This document shows, piece by piece, positions 36,476 to 36,652 of a stretch of 36,652 nt of DNA. A program made the translations under genes and the position numbers. Position 1 is the stretch's first letter. The number at the start of each line of letters is the position of its first letter. Origin of the DNA: a virus (Duplodnaviria > Caudoviricetes); the IMG/VR virus record IMGVR_UViG_3300037518_000057, positions 1 through 36,652 of that record. One strand, written 5' to 3'. The notes below the pieces were generated by a model. The model did not search any database. It saw only the letters and a list, made by a program, of their open reading frames with translations, and had not been told where the DNA came from.

Positions 36476-36504
36476 ACAATATCACCCCAAACACTCCTTG
36501 TCAA
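36476..36504 (-). promoter_or_regulatory. sigma70-type promoter heading the replication operon
   Basis: TTGACA-N17-TATTGT. Confidence 0.7.
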
Positions 36505-36553
36505 GCCCAAAATCAACTATTTCATTCCAATAGTGTCTAATCTCACCTATACT

Positions 36554-36581
36554 ATTATACCAAATAGTTCAAGAATATCAA
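36554..36581 (-). promoter_or_regulatory. Second tandem sigma70-type promoter
   Basis: TTGATA-N16-TGG-preceded TATAAT (extended -10). Confidence 0.65.
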
Positions 36582-36611
36582 ACACTTATTTCAATATATT
36601 AGAGGTGATCT

Positions 36612-36652
36612 ATGACAGACGAAAATGATAATGATTCTCAGCAGGTTAAAAC
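36612..36652 (+). CDS. 5' end of a divergent gene, truncated by window edge
   Basis: GAGGTG RBS then ATG, MTDENDNDSQQVK open to the end. Confidence 0.55.
   Translation, partial: MTDENDNDSQQVK

Noticed and set aside
36626-36640. Near-perfect Fur box TGATAATGATTCTCA
   Set aside because: Lies within the apparent coding start (ENDNDSQ) of the divergent gene; cannot be separated from coding coincidence at the window edge
1-36652. Genome-wide TAG recoding suggested by the amber codon at 8213
   Set aside because: Long genes have no internal TAG, and TAG ends several genes normally (3044, 4350, 5916, 13137, 34666)

Overview
Part of a large, probably lytic, tailed dsDNA phage genome with a likely gammaproteobacterial host (inferred from the RpoE/AlgU-like sigma factor and sigma70-type promoters). 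Nearly all genes are on the - strand. Left to right: a strand-skewed non-coding stretch (1-560); an early-type cassette of small genes bounded by a promoter and a terminator (567-4658), including a protein with a ~180-aa Ala-rich repeat; a 1.25-kb palindrome- and repeat-rich non-coding region (4660-5915, candidate origin or terminus); an HTH protein and a Pif1/RecD-like helicase; many small hypothetical genes with a GC-rich temperate-phage-like insert; a self-contained unit encoding a SleB-type cell-wall hydrolase and an RpoE-like ECF sigma factor; nrdB and intein-split nrdA; a T5 A1-like phosphoesterase/nuclease; PAPS-reductase-like and MazG-like genes; HNH nuclease, 5'-3' exonuclease, SSB, family B DNA polymerase and T7-type primase-helicase. 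I saw no structural, lysogeny, tRNA or CRISPR features. Best leads: the phage sigmaE with a candidate sigmaE promoter before nrdA, a modular paralog family under promoters sharing motifs, genes bracketed by 17-bp RBS/start direct repeats, and the structured non-coding region. All family assignments are from motif recognition by eye, not from searches.
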